A stretch of 64,000 nt of DNA from Eledone cirrhosa (GCA_964016885.1 OZ024743.1:85560001-85624000), one strand, 5' to 3'; numbered from the stretch's first letter, positions 11,968-26,180 are shown. A program made the numbers and translations. The notes: generated by a model not told the origin, from the letters alone.

Positions 11968-12556
11968 TAGTCAATTGTGTTAACAATCATATCAATGTTG
12001 TGTGTCTAATAAATTATGTCTCCAATTTTGTTCCATAGTTTATCAGTCTATTGTCTTAACTCTTATCAGTGTTGTATATATAATAAATTATGTCTCCACT
12101 TTTGTTCCATAATTTATCAGTTAATTGTGTTAACAATCATGTTATGTGTCTAATAAATTATGTTTCCAATTTTGTTCCATAGTTTGTTAGTTTTAACTCT
12201 CATCAATGTTGTGTGTGCAATAAATTATATCTCCACTTTTGTTCCATAGTTTTAGTCTTAACTCTCATCAATGTTGTGTGTACAATAAATTATATCTTCA
12301 CTTTTGTTCCATAGTTTGTTAGTCTTAACTCTCATCAATGTTGTGTGTACAATAAATTATATCTCCACTTTTGTTCCATAGTTTGTTAGTCTTAACTCTC
12401 ATCAATGTTGTGTGTACAATAAATTATATCTTCACTTTTGTTCCATAGTTTTAGTCTTAACTCTCATCAATGTTGTGTGTACAATAAATTATATCTCCAC
12501 TTTTGTTCCATAATTTATCAGTCAATTGTGTTAACAATCATGTTATGTGTACAATA
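11968..12556. repeat. About 60-65-bp minisatellite
   Basis: About 9 copies of ttagtcttaactctcatcaatgttgtgtgtacaataaattatatctccacttttgttccatagtt. Confidence 0.9.
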
Positions 12557-13125
12557 AATAATTGTTTCTATTTTAGGCACAAGGCCAGCAATTACCAGTA
12601 CATTACTGGTACTTTATTTGATCGACCCCGTAAGGATGAAAGGCAAAGTTAACCTCGGCGGGATTTGAACTCAGATCATAAAGGGACGTAACTCTATGCT
12701 TCAAAGCATGGTGTCCGACTCTCTACTGATACTGCCAATCCACCGCCATGTGTACAATAAATAATGCTTTTAGTTTTGTCCCATAGATTATCAGTCCATT
12801 CTCTTAATCATATAATTGTAAATATAATTGTTTCTACTTTTGGCACAAGGCCAGCAAATTACCCAGTACATTACTGGTACTTTATTTCTTCGACCCCATA
12901 AGGATAAAAGGCAAAGTTAACCTCGACGGGATTTGAACTCAGACCGTAAAGGGACGTAACTATGCTAGAAAGCATGGCGTCCGACCCTCTACTGATACTG
13001 CCAATTCACCGCCCTCTATTGTAAATATAATTGTTTCTACATTTGGCACAAGGCCAGCAAATACTCAGTACGTTACTGGTACTTTATTTTATCGACCCCG
13101 TAAGGATGAAAAGCAAAGTTAACCT
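12557..13125 (-). mobile_element. Three tandem copies of a second tRNA SINE family
   Basis: Copies at about 12557-12748, 12823-13013 and 13028-13125 (truncated); B box GAGTTCAAATCC and core gttaactttgcctttcatccttacggggtcga...gtaccag. Relatives at about 17870-18070, 19850-20050, 28440-28610, 49975-50115 and 61300-61410. Confidence 0.85.
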
Positions 13126-13559
13126 CTTTTTGTCCTTAAGTTAAAATAGTTTGTTTTGCCCTTTTAATACCAAACCACCTAAAACTGCTCTTGGTTCTAT
13201 GATACAAAGCTTTTTTTTTATTTTAAAGTATTCATATTTAAGTTGTTTCAAATCATGGAAACATTTTATATTACTAAATCCTTCCACATTCTTGATTAAA
13301 AAAAAATTATTTGAAAATCCTAGACAGTGCATTTTATAAGGCACTAGCTGAGGTACCCAGTAATACCCAGTTCCCATTAAAATGCTTAATGCCTCTCAGA
13401 CCAAAAATGAAATGAAAATATAGGACAGATAATCAAAAGCGAAGACAAATTCATTTACAAAACAATAATACAAACAAATATTGTTGATTGCATTGGTCAG
13501 GTGAGAAAATGTTTGTCAGAGAAGTTGAGTGTTGCTATAAGGAAAAAAATAGAACCCCC

Positions 13560-13835
13560 ATTAGGGTGTCTTAATATTATGGAAATTTGCTGAAATTTTG
13601 TAAATAGACATCATATCTTGTCATTTACATATGGTTTAAATTTCATATAAATTGAAGGGAAAAATTTTCAGCGGGGGTTTGAGCCCCCGGGGAACCCTTT
13701 GGTTAGAATGAAATATACATAAGAAATCAAATGGGCATGAGCCCCACATACGTGTTGAGTTCCATCAAGATCGGTTTGGTAGTTTTTGAGTTTTAGGTTC
13801 ACAAACAGACAGAAATTGCCTTTTATGTATATATA
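13560..13835 (+). mobile_element. Possible Helentron/HINE-like non-autonomous element end
   Basis: Ends catcaagatcggtttggtagtttttgag...acaaacagacagaaattgccttttat, resembling DINE-1/HINE-like termini. Confidence 0.4.
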
Positions 13836-14145
13836 TCAGCATCATCACCATTTAATCATTTAATATCGGGGTAACATTTGAACCAGTCATATCCAGCCAG
13901 AATTCTCTCACTTCTTTCTGTTCAAACCAGTTGTAATCGGCCACTCATACCAATGTTAAGCTATTGTTCTCAAAATAAATAACATCAAAATCTCGAAGCT
14001 TTGATATTATATGAGATAAAGCCTCTACCATGAAAATACAATAGTAAATATCAAGTAATGTAAATGCTAAAGGCTTGGTGTTAAATACTTACTGTACTAG
14101 AGTAGTATTATATATAATTTTGTTTTCTCAATATTTTTCATGCAG

Positions 14146-14232
14146 AAAGTCTTGCTCGGTGAAAAATCAGAGGCTACTGATAGAGATTTTTGTCCACCAG
14201 CCGTTGGTCAAATTGTCCTTCAACAAATACAT
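14146..14232 (+). CDS. FANCB: FANCB-like exon B (KVLLGEKSEATDRDFCPPAVGQIVLQQIH)
   Basis: tttttcatgcag|AAA ... CAT|gtaagt; 87 nt, phase 0/0, in frame with flanking exons. Confidence 0.8.
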
Positions 14233-15187
14233 GTAAGTATTTTATGTTGCAACACTTTTACGCTAAACTGGAACTCTATTCATATATCTGTTGTTTCACA
14301 TTTTCTACTGCAACTTCCTTAAACTGCTCCTCAGAGCTGACTCCTGTAATACCACCTCTACATATGTGGTTTCACATTTTCTGCTACTTTATTAAACTGC
14401 TTCTCAGAAATGGCTCCTACAATATTACTCAATTGTGTGTTCCAACCGACAGGCTGAGGCCATGCTGGGGCACTGCCATATGTTGTTTCACATTTTCTAC
14501 TACTACTACTTTATTAAACTGCTCCTCAGAGCTGGCTCCTGTAATACCAGCTCTACATATGTGGTTTCACATTTTCTACTGCTACTACACTGACCTCTGT
14601 AAGGTGGTTGGAGTTAGGAAGGGCATCCAGCCATAGAAGCCATGCCAAAATATGGGAATATATGAGCAAGGCATGGTTATCCAACCAGTCTAGTCCATGA
14701 CAAACCCTCCAACATATGCTACCATGGAAAGCAGACAATAAATGATGATGATGATAGATATTATCATCACCATTGTCATAATTACATCTATTTTCCATGT
14801 TTGTATAGGGTAGTCATTTTCTGAGAATAGACAGGTCAGGTGACCACGTTTTGCTCATAAGTTTTATTTTGACATGGTTTCTATGGCTGGATGCCATGAT
14901 ATATATAAGTATTTGTACATATGTATAATTATCTGTGTGTGTCTGTTTGTTTATCTCTTCTCAACATCGGTGGTGTGAAGAGGGATGACTCGTATGCATG
15001 GGCAACTGCTGGTCTTCCACAAAAAACAAACCTTGCCCAAGCTTGTACCTCTAAGAGAAACTTTCTAGGTGCAAAACTGTGGTCGTCCATGACTGATGGG
15101 GGCCTCTAATAAAGGGTATGATAACGATGATGCATCCTTTTTTTTTTTTCAAAATTGCGACAATGTTTATTTTCAATCTCTTTGCAG

Positions 15188-15316
15188 CAAGATATTCTGT
15201 CACTTGAAGAGAAAAACAGGCTTATTGCTGCACGCAGTCAATTTATAGAAAATACATGGCAGTTGTTGAGTGTTGGAGACAATAGAAGTCAGCTCTCTTC
15301 AGATTCTGTGAAACAT
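15188..15316 (+). CDS. FANCB: FANCB-like exon C (QDILSLEEKNRLIAARSQFIENTWQLLSVGDNRSQLSSDSVKH)
   Basis: ctctttgcag|CAA ... CAT|gtaagt; 129 nt, phase 0/0; helical segment at the position of the FANCB coiled-coil region. Confidence 0.82.
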
Positions 15317-16976
15317 GTAAGTACAAATTAGTCAACAAAAACATGATACAAAGAGAGAAAGAGGTTGAAAACAACCTTCAGTGGGTTAATAGCAGCTGTA
15401 AAACTCAGTCCTTGTATCATCATCATCATTTTTATGTCCACTTTTCCACGCTTTCCACGCATCTCTCCAGATTAACTGGGTCCTGGTTCAGCTGCAACAT
15501 TGCACCATGTATATATGTATGGACCTGTAACTTGTGATGGAGTTATAGAGGTGCTGTAGTGATATACAGTGTGACCTGCATATTTTAAAATCTGGCTGAG
15601 CCCATCCCTTCTCCTGGTCTGAACAGAGCAGGAGAGAGAGTGAAAAGTGGAAGTGAGAAAGAGATATAGAGGAAGAATCTACCCCAGTACTGGACTGGTA
15701 CTTTTTTATTGACCTCAAAAGGATGAAAAACATTGCATCATGGTCCATTGTAAATCTGGCACTGCAAAAAAAAACCCAAAACACTATGGGGCCCCCTTTT
15801 ACTTGAGCCCCTAAACATGTGCTTATTTTACTTAATGATTAATCCTGAGCTGAAACAACTCAACTGACTATATAGAGAGCTACAAATTTATGGATTTGTG
15901 TCAGTGTATGGAACAAGAAACTGTTAAACAAGTGAGAGTTGATAGTATTTTAATTTTTAACACAAATCAAGTACTGGGGTTGATATGTTTAATTAAAGCC
16001 CTTCAAAGTATGCCAGCATGGTCTCAATCCAATGATTGAAACCAGTAAAAGAATAAAAGTCTGTAAAGTGGTCGTATAGGTGACATGACAAAAAGCACCC
16101 AGTCATCACTGTAAAGTGGTTGTGTAGGTGACAACAAAAAGTGCCCAATCCACACTGTAGGTGTCACAAGAAAAAGCACCCAGCACACACTGTAAATGTG
16201 GTTGGTGTTAGGAAGGGCATCCAGCCATAGAAACCAAGCCAGAAACAGTTCTGCATGTGTAAGACATTCATCAAACCTAACTTGCCTCAAATGGGACAAC
16301 CTGTTTAACCCATGCTAGCATGGCAAAATGGATGTTAAACAGTGATGATGATATATATATATATTTATACATACACATATACCCGAGGGAGTGCCAAAAA
16401 ATTCCTGGCTTTAAGGATATGATGTTGGGGTAGAGCTGTTACCTTTACTGGGGAGGTAGGGCTGTTGCAATAAGTGTATGAATCTGAATATGTTGAATAA
16501 AATCATAATTAACTGATCCTCCTGTATTTTCTTTTATTCCCAAACTAATAACTTTCCAGCACCTCCTCATATTATCCTCATCATCATCACTTAAACTGTA
16601 TTTTTTATGTTTGTATGGTTTAGATGGGTTGTAATGTTGGAGGTGAGACGGTCAGGTGGCCATATCTTGCTGATATATTCTTTTTTCTGTGATTGAATAT
16701 CCTTCCTAATGCCAACCACTTTACAGCATGTATTGGGAGTATTTCTCATGGCATCAGCACTAGCTGCTTTACAGGGTGGACTGTGTGTTTTGTGGCACCA
16801 TTGCCACCACCAAATAGGAGGGGACTGTTGTGGAACCAGTATGCCCATCTTATAGGGTAAACTGGAGATAAATATAAACACATTGAAAGAAAGTCTTGTA
16901 TCATATAACTGGTTTCAGGCAGTTTAGTATGAAAAGGGTTAAAATTTGTATCTACTTTGACTTGTCTCCTTGTTAG

Positions 16977-17134
16977 TGTGAAATGATGGAATTTATCAAA
17001 GGATCTTCATGTGTAACTGAAGCAAAGAGAAGCAACACTGTAGCAGCACCAAATATTGAAGTTGTTGATGTTTGGCAGAAGATTGTTGGTGAAGATTGGA
17101 TTATTGGTGTAGATTTTAAAGCTACTGCGTCTAG
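16977..17134 (+). CDS. FANCB: FANCB-like exon D (CEMMEFIKG...IEVVDVWQKIVGEDWIIGVDFKATASR)
   Basis: ctccttgttag|TGT ... AG|gtaata; 158 nt, phase 0/2. VVDVWQKIVGEDWIIGV resembles FANCB VEKIWYRVIDDSLVVGV (recalled). Confidence 0.85.
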
Positions 17135-17176
17135 GTAATATTAGCATTGCTTTGGTTTTTTGAATCTATATTATCT

Positions 17177-17390
17177 TTAATCCTTTAGTATTTAAACCAG
17201 CCCTATCCAGCCAGAATTCTCTCAACTCTTTCTGTTCAAACTGGCTGTAACTGGCTGCTCATACTGATGTTAAGGTATTGTTATCAAAATCTCATAGATT
17301 CGATATTACGTGAGATAATTATGTAAAGTAAAGCCTTTAACGTGAAAATGTAATAGTAAATATAGAGTAATATAAATGCTAAAGGGTTAA
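17177..17390. mobile_element. piggyBac-like MITE
   Basis: TTAA-tcctttagtattt ... aaatgctaaaggg-TTAA; same internal sequence as 20170-20365, 31524-31749 and about 13860-14075. Confidence 0.75.
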
Positions 17391-18111
17391 AGTAAGCTGC
17401 TTCAATGTAAGTTTTTTGGGGGTTTTTTTAACTATGAAAAATAGTGAAACAAATTTATGCATATAAGCCCTTAGAGGTGGAAAAAGTGGTGAGTATACCT
17501 TGTGGGACTCAAATTCATACCTGCCGTATGCTGGGCAGCTGTGTAACCATTGCAGTCACTTTCATCCTTCCTCAATGCATGACACAGCCATCTTCTTCCA
17601 TTCTCTTCACAACATCTATCACTGGCTCTGCTCCTCTTACCCAATCACTCCCATCCTTGTTTAACACATGACCCAACTTCTCTCATGCCAGTGTTGTAAT
17701 AAAAGCACTCAGTACACTTTGTAAAGTTATTGGCGTAAGGAAGACCATCTATCCATAGAACTGCTGAAATGATAGAAAGGCTTTTTTATTTGTATTAAGG
17801 ACATAACCTCTCAAGTGCTGGTGCCAAAATAATATAACTCCATACACTGTAAATTTTATTATTAATATTATGGATTAACAGCATTGTTAGAGCTTTGTTC
17901 AAAATGCTTTGCAGTATTTGTTCCAGCTTTGTACATTTAGAGTTCAAATCCCACTGAGGTTAGCTTTGCCTTTCATCCTTACGGTGTTGATAAATTAAAG
18001 CACCAGGGGTCGATTTAATTGACTTTCCCCTCCCCTCAGAATTGTTTGCCTTATGCCTAAATCAGAAATTATTATTTGTCCTTTTTCCTTCTATATTAAC
18101 TTATTTTGTAG

Positions 18112-18560
18112 AAATGACCAGAATGTATCTCTGTTGGTTATGTCTGTTGAAGAACATAGTATCTTGGCATCTGGTAAATGTCTGGTGAATTCCTTGCAGA
18201 AACTACAAAAGATAGCTACTATTACCACCAACAGTGGCGCATCACCCGGTCATACAAGTGTTACTAAAACCTTTCCTACCATGGCTACTACCACCAGTGG
18301 TATATCATCTGGTCAGATTGATGTCAAACCTCTCTGTGATATTGAAACTGTAGCATGCACGTTACACACATTACCAAAGTTTGGACTGAAATCAACTTCG
18401 AAATATCATGTATTTTTGCACGTGTGTGACTCTAGATTTGAGACTGAGTCAACTGGGAGTTGCTTAGTTCCCTGTGGAGAGATCAGCTTAGATCTGGAAA
18501 CATTGCTGAAGAAGAAATCGCCTAACCAACAGTTTGTGGCCCTTACTGAAACCATATCTA
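18112..18560 (+). CDS. FANCB: FANCB-like exon E (NDQNVSLLVMSVEE...VPCGEISLDL...TETIS)
   Basis: ttattttgtag|A ... A|gtaagt; phase 2/1; lies within ORF 18053..18595. Confidence 0.85.
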
Positions 18561-18614
18561 GTAAGTATCTGTTGATTAAATATTTAAATATCTGAGATAT
18601 GTTATTGTTATATT

Positions 18615-19135
18615 ATCATCATCATTTAATGTAAGGTGGAGCTACTGACCTCTCGGATGGCTCAAGGGCCTGCACCTCGGTAACTCACTCAAGTTTCTGT
18701 ACTTTACTAGTTGCTCCAGCAGGACAGAACCATGCATCTTGTTCACAAAATGCTTCCATGCTCCAAGTACATTTTATCATGGCACCAACACCAAGGAGTT
18801 TGTCAAGTATTTGACACAGCTGAAAAGTTTTCACCACTGTCCATGTTTTTCTTGGTCTACCTCTTCTACGGCTTCCTTCTACTGGGATTTCCTGGCACTT
18901 CTTCACCCATCAAACATCATCCATGTGCATCACATGTCTGTACCAATGCAGTCTTCTCTCTTGTGCACCACTTTGGATTCCTCATAGACCCAGTTTTTCC
19001 CTCAGTTCATCCAAGTTTTGCCTTTCTCTTACATTTACATTGCACATCCAGTGAAGCATAGTTGCTTCATTTCTCTCCTGTCTACGCATGTCCTCTGAAG
19101 TTACAGCCTATGTTTCACTACCATGCAGCATGTTA
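18615..19135 (-). mobile_element. Degenerate RTE 3' fragment in a FANCB intron
   Basis: KKCQEIPVEGSRRRGRPRKTW and a (GAT)n tail. Confidence 0.7.
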
Positions 19136-19301
19136 AACAGTTAACCTCAAATCAGCTTCTGATGAAATAGACCTATGATCAAAAGGGATTACAGTCATCA
19201 CCAATAATTAAGCTTTTCTTTCTTTCTCTCTCCTCTCCTCTTTCTTCCATCCTTCCTGTCCGTCTGTCTGTTTTGTAACCCTATTGCCTTTTCTTTCCCA
19301 G

Positions 19302-19548
19302 ATGAAGATAGGAAACGCTCACTGATAGCTTTGAATTCAATCCAGAACTGTTGGAACTTTGTCCTAAAATCACAACTGACAGATTTAACCACACTAATGA
19401 ATGAAAGACTTCACTCATGTGAGGAACTTTGTTGGTCACCCCATCTTAGTCGGTTTGTCTTTCTCTTACATGAGAGACCTTTTAATCAAGTTCAGATTGC
19501 AGTCACTTCCTCTCACCTACGTCACTCTTCCATTCAGATCTATGCTCA
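19302..19548 (+). CDS. FANCB: FANCB-like exon F (EDRKRSLIALNSIQNCWNFVLKS...SSIQIYA)
   Basis: ttctttcccag|AT ... CA|gtaagt; phase 1/2; same frame as ORF 19331..19552. Confidence 0.85.
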
Positions 19549-20169
19549 GTAAGTATCAAGTTTCTTAAATCCTAACATGTTTGGACACGCTTAACTCTTT
19601 GTTGGCACAGATATTTTTATATTTAGTTTGACTTTCCATGATTAATTAAATCCCTTCAAGTCAGTGCAACAGCGTGGCTGCAGTCTAATGACTGAAACCA
19701 GTAAATGAATATGACACAACTCTGTTTCCTTCTATAATTCTGACTGAGAAAGTTGAACCTCAACTCAAACCTTTCATTACCATATATTTAATCAGGAATT
19801 TGGAGGGATCTTGTAATATTAGTGATATTACTTTCCTATTAAGTTGCTGTTTTCAGCTGCCAGACAAAATTGTTTGTGGTATTTAGTTATGACTTTCTAT
19901 ATACTGAGTTCAAATCCTGCCAAGGTCAATTTTGCTTTTCATCCTTTTGAGATCGGTGAAATAAAGTTCCAGAAATTTACTGGGATCAGCATAATCAACT
20001 TTTCCCTCTCTACAAATTGCTGGCCTTGTGCCTAAATGAGAAATCATCATTAAGTAACTGAATAAAGGTTTTTTTACATAAAATCATAACGGAAGATTTT
20101 TCAGTTAGATATAAATTCTTTAAAATAAACAGTTTTGTATCATAGAGCAAGGGTTTGGTGTTGAAATGG

Positions 20170-20365
20170 TTAACCCTTTAGTATTTATATTACTCTATAT
20201 ATACTATTGTATTTTCACGGTAAACACTTTATTTCACATAATATTGAATCTACGAGATTTTGATATTATATATTTTAAGAACAATATCTTAACATAAGTA
20301 TGAGAAGCAGGTTTGAACAGAAAGAGGTGAGAGAATTCTGGCCAGTTTAAATGCTAAAGGGTTAA
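20170..20365. mobile_element. piggyBac-like MITE
   Basis: TTAA-CCCTTTAG...CTAAAGGG-TTAA terminal inverted repeats with TTAA target-site duplication. Confidence 0.8.
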
Positions 20366-20578
20366 TCTAGCATTGTAAAATACATGTCTCCTGTGTTACT
20401 AACAAGACGTACTGACTGAGGCAGCAGCGAAGTATTGAATACTACATAGTGTGTGCATGTGGAGATATATATATATATATGTAAATACATGTGTGTGTGT
20501 ATATATATATATTATGTGTGTGTGTATATATATGTGTGTGTGTATATATATATATATGTGTGTGTATATATATATATA

Positions 20579-20637
<59 letters not shown>

Positions 20638-22574
20638 ATGTAAATGACTTCTACATGATGATTTCAAACAAATGAAACAGTTCTAGTCTTGTAGAAGTCA
20701 TTTCTCTACTGGTATTGAGGCATATTATTTAACTGTGGTTCTCTTCTGTTCCTCTTAAGAAAACCATTTATATCATTATCATCATCACCGTTTAATGTCC
20801 TCTTTTCCACGGTAGCATGGGTTAGAGAGTTGTCCTGTTGTGAGACAAGCTAGGTCAGATGACCATGTCTTGCTCATACAGAACTGATATATATATATAT
20901 ATATATATATAGTGACATATACTGCTGCTATGGAATATCAATCTCATAGTTGCTGTCTCCTCTAGTTCCAGTTGTCATACATTATAATAACTAATTAACA
21001 TGAACACTCTCAACCTCAGCTCACTGCTTCATATCCTTCTATCTCTCCTTCTCTGCCCCCCCCCCCTCTCTCTCTCTATCTCGTTCTTTCTGTCTCTCCT
21101 TCTCTTTCATTGTCTTTTTTCATTCTTTGTCCTTTTTCCTATCTTTCCATTTTGTGCATTTTTTTATTTCTCTTTATTCCACTCTTTGTCTCCCCCCCCT
21201 CCTCTCTCTCGTTCACTCTGATTTCTCTTCCTATCTATTTCTATCTATCTTTCTTTCACTTTGTCATTCTCTCTCTCCCTTTACTGGTCACCTATTCTGT
21301 TTGTCAGATGCGAGTAGGAGTTGGAGGTGGTACAAATCCCCCCCTCCCCACTAGAACATAGCAACATGTTTGTGCAGGAATGTGAACTCAGAACTCTTTA
21401 TTTAACCATCTCGTAAACCCCTCCCTCTCACTAGCCCAGCCAGCGAAAGAACATGCTAGAAACAACAGTGAAATCTCTCAAATCACACTCTATCGTCTTT
21501 TAAAATAAAGTAAATCGAAGAACGTGTTGAATATTACAATCCTAGCTATGTTATGCTGTGAAAAAAAAACACGAGACAGTCACGAGTGGAACGCCATTGA
21601 ACGTAGGTGTTTTAAATCAGGGCTGGGATGGCCTAGGGCTAAACAACAGTCCACTTCAAATTTACATTTCATCCCGTTCATGAAATAAAACAACGACATC
21701 GCTAATATGAAGATATGTCGTAGCTGGACATCTGACTAGACTACATAGGAGGGGCGGCAGAAATGAAAAGACTATGACGTCATAGAGTTGTCGTCACGGC
21801 CTGTGACGACCGTGTCATGTGGAATGCTGTTTCCTCAAACTAATGGTATATATTATGTATATACATGTATGCATATATATAAATATGTATGTGTGTGTAG
21901 ATATATATATATGTGTGTATTTGCATGTATGGGTGACTGTATATAGATATGTGTGTATATATGTATATATATATTTATGTGTGTGTGTGTGTACTTACAT
22001 ATATACACACACTGATATATATTATAATTATAATGCGAATCATGTGAGAACTGTTCTAAGGGAGAAAACTCCTTATCAGTCCTCTGCTGACGTCACCTGT
22101 TGTATGTGTGGGTGTGAATCAACGTAAATTATGTTAATGAGATTTGGCTATTTAATGTCCATATGATAGTATGTGTGTGTATGTATAATGGAGGCAGTAC
22201 TCCAGCATGGCCTTGATCGTGCTACTTATACCCCCCCCCCTCCCCCCTCCGAAGAGTTAAAGAATGGGTGTGTGGAAATGAAAATATGTGGGAATGAAAG
22301 ATCCGCAAATGTGCGCGCGCGCTTCCGGGTTGAAATTTAATTTTTTTTTTTTTTTTCTTACTTTTTTTTCTGTAGGAAATGGAACGATAGACATGACAGA
22401 TAGGAAATTATTGTATTACATTCTTTTTATTGTTTTATTCTCTTGGTTTCAATCACTTGACTGCGGCCATGCTAGGGCAGCGCCTTGACTTAGTCGATCA
22501 CATGTCTCCTCAGTTCTTACTTTATCGATCTTTTTTTTGTCGAGCTGTCATGTTACGACACACACACACACATC

Positions 22575-22605
<31 letters not shown>

Positions 22606-22682
22606 GTGTGTGTATATATATATATATGTGTGTATATATATATATATATGTGTGTGTATGTATATGTGTGTATATATATATA

Positions 22683-22715
<33 letters not shown>

Positions 22716-22868
22716 GTCTGTGTATTACACACTCTGCATGGGAACGTGTCTAAGTGAGTGGAGGTGTGTTTTAACTCTTATTCTCAGTGTAAAGATTATA
22801 GAATTTCCTGTCATATAACTTCGAAAAATTTAATTTTCTTAATTATAATCAAATTTTTATATTTATAG

Positions 22869-22921
<53 letters not shown>

Positions 22922-23237
22922 ACGTCAGTCAGCTTATCTGTCTGTCAGTGTCTTTCTCTCTCCCTATATATATATACACACACATCCATTTGTGTATCTG
23001 TTTCTCCCATCTTTACCTCTCTTTCACTATATCTTTTACTCCTCTCTCCCCACTTTACCTCGTTGTGTCTTTCTAAAATCTACAAATTCTTCCTCTATCC
23101 ATCTGTCTTCTGCTATGCCATCTCTAGCCACCCACGTATCAACAGTAGGTCTTACATTCATTACCTCCCCTTGTCTGACTACCACATGATACTGCTGACC
23201 AGACAAGCGTTGGCCTGTGTGTGTATATATATATATA

Positions 23238-23473
23238 TAATAATAATAATAATGAAATTATTGTGTAAAGTGCTCAGGTGCACTACAACTCGTCAAAGGT
23301 GTATGTATAGTACATAGAATAATACACAAATGTCAGGGAAGTACATGTGTGTATGTGTTAGCTGTAGTGTTGGCGGATCTCGGAAAGCATGGAGGCCTTA
23401 AAGGATGCAGTGTCTCGACAGCTAACAACTGATGCAGGTAGTTTGTTCCATGCTTCAGCAACTCTGAGCGTGA
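23238..23473 (-). mobile_element. CR1-group LINE 3' end
   Basis: Reverse complement of about 8180-8290 plus the 8500-8570 tail. Confidence 0.8.
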
Positions 23474-23618
23474 AAAAAAAATATATATATATATATATAC
23501 CCGTCTAAACCCATGCTAGCGTGGAAGATAGACGTTAAACGATGATGATGATGATGATTTGTATTTGGTAATGTTTGCAATCTGTAACAGTATGTCTTGC
23601 CTCAACTACATATATATA

Positions 23619-23933
23619 TCATCATCATCATTTTACGTCCACTTTTGCCTGCTTGCAAGGGTGGGACGGGAACTGATTCTGGCTTGATTTCTACAGCTGG
23701 ATGCCCTTCCTAACACCAACCTCATTTACAGTGATTGCTGGGTGCTTTTTTGCCGTGGCACCTACACGACCACTTTGCAGTGGAATGATAGGGACCCCAG
23801 TCTGAGTAAACTGGAGCAATGTGAAATAAAGTGTCTTGCTCAAGGAAACAACACATTACCCGGTCTGAGAATTGAACTCACAACCTTTCGATTGCAAGCC
23901 CAATGCTCTAACCACTAAGCCAAGTGCCTCCAT
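23619..23933 (-). mobile_element. tRNA SINE with RTE tail
   Basis: Reverse-complement copy of 874-1227 with a small internal deletion. Confidence 0.88.
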
Positions 23934-24144
23934 ATATATAATGTACATATCCATATATATAATGTACATTATCGATAGATATTGTATTGATTAAACCTAA
24001 ATTTGACTTTTATATATGTTTTACAGGTTGCAAACATTATCACACACAAATATGCAAATACATACATATATACACACAAATATATAAATACATGCATATA
24101 TATACGCACACACACATGCATAAGGCCAACTCTTGTCTGGTCAG

Positions 24145-24175
<31 letters not shown>

Positions 24176-24643
24176 GTGTGTGTGTGTCAGGTCGCTCTTC
24201 AGCACTACTGGTAACATGTAACCCAGTACAAACTGTGCATGGTCGGTTAGTCAGCAACTAAACCGGCAACTCCACCAAGCTTGCTTGGTGAGGAGTGTGA
24301 ATTTGGACACCCTGTGAGATGAAAAACAAAACCTGTCAAAGGGCGAGGAACATAATCAATGGCCATACAATAATTTTTTTTGTTTTTGTGTAGCGAGAGA
24401 CTCCTAGTCTTCATTAAGACATCTCTCTAGGAGAAGGTCACTCTGATATAAAACTTGTGACTTCGTTTGCAACCAATGATGTAGACCAGTTCTTCTTTTT
24501 GGGCAAAAGGCATTCAATGTTCAGAGAGTGGGATTGGCTCAATGCAAAGCCTTTCCTCACTTAAAAAAGCTTAAGCACAGGCATTGCTTGATATGTGACA
24601 TTTATTGAAATGCATGGCATTGTTGGCCATAGGCAAGTCCCTC

Positions 24644-24674
<31 letters not shown>

Positions 24675-25639
24675 TAGGTGCCAAAAAAAAATGTACCCAG
24701 TGTAACCTGTAAACTGGTTGGCAATTGGAAGGGCATCCAGCTGTGGAAACCATGCCAAAAAGGGTGAGGACTCTGCAATTGTATCATGGGCATGTTATAT
24801 GCACCCACTACACTCTGTAAGGTGGTTAGTGATAGGAAGATCATCAAGCCATATAAAACTTGCCAAACAATGAATCGGGAGGATTCTTAGTTGCGTCAAA
24901 GACATGACAACTTCCCTAATGTTGATTTATACTATAAACACACTCAATACACTCTGTAAATTGGTTGGTGGTAAGAAGGTCATCCAGATGTATAAAACCT
25001 GCTTAACAAAGGGTTGGGAGGACTCTTCAAATGTGTCAAAAGCATGACAACCTCCCTAGTGCTTGTACTTCTGTCAGAGGCATAACCCCCCAAGAGACGC
25101 CTGCGAAGAATCAAACCCCACATCTCTCAGATGCCAGGTGGGTTAATTAGCCACAGCATTAAAGAGATGCTGGCTATCAATTCCATCTTTTTAGAAGATT
25201 TTAAGCCTGTGGCTCGAAGTATAAGCAAAGCAGTTGACTTAGGAAACATTTGAAATATTTGAAACAGTAAGAAAGTATGTCTTGGGTGTAAGGCAAGTGT
25301 GGTGGGGTTTGACAGGGTGATAGTTTGTAATTTGGGGTAATGATGGGTGGTGTGGGGTTAGATTACATTTTCATGCATATGTCGCCAACCCTCATGGACT
25401 TTTGTCATCTCTGTCATGAGATTCAGCTTCCTAAAGTTAGTCTTCACAACTTTATCCCATATTTTTCTCTTTTATGGGTCCCATCCACTGAACATCTCTG
25501 CACTTCTTTAAACACTATCATCTTCCATATGCATCACGTGTTCATACAATCTCTTGCACACTGCATTGGACCCCTCCTATACAGAGTATTTTTATTAGCT
25601 TGTTTATGCTATTCCTTTCATGCATATTAATTAACATTA

Positions 25640-26180
25640 CGCATCCAATAGAGCATACTTAATTTATTTATTTTTAACCGTTGTAGGTTTTCTGCAGTCA
25701 AGGTCCATGTCTCACTACCTTAAGAGAGAAGCCCTTTGTTACAAGCAGAGGTGCTAGCTCTCTCTTAACTTCTTCCAACTCATTCTTTTTCTGGCTACCA
25801 CATTTTCAGTGCATCCTACCCTACTCTGATTAGGTCCTCTAGGTAACGAAAGTTGTCAACACCTTCTTAGACTCTGGAGAAATTAAAGGAGTTTATTTCA
25901 TGTGTGCTCTTAGTACTTAGGTCTTCTATCCACCTGCTGCATATAAAGTTTATCTTCTCCATTAACCTGCCTGCAATCCCGTAAGTCTATAGATTATACT
26001 GTGTGCACCCTATGGAGTTTCTGCCCACTCCTTTTCAACATATCGAACAAGGCAACTTCCTTGATGGTATCAAATTGTCCTCTTTCTAAAGTCTTTAAGT
26101 TTACTTCTAGGCAATTTGATTCTTAAATTTCTCTTCCGTTTCTGGAATTTTGCCTCTTACTCTCCCATGGATTCAGCTGT
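25640..26180 (-). mobile_element. Degenerate RTE fragment (RT end and zinc-finger region)
   Basis: Similar to 50810-51300 (e.g. ggtcctctaggtaacgaaagttgtcaac; gagtttctgcccactcc). Confidence 0.6.

Noticed and set aside
24190-24620. HDV-like ribozyme in an RTE-like 5' UTR (also about 26830-27030)
   Set aside because: RTE-type motifs (ctaggagaagg) and hairpins are present, but the nested double pseudoknot could not be assembled by eye.
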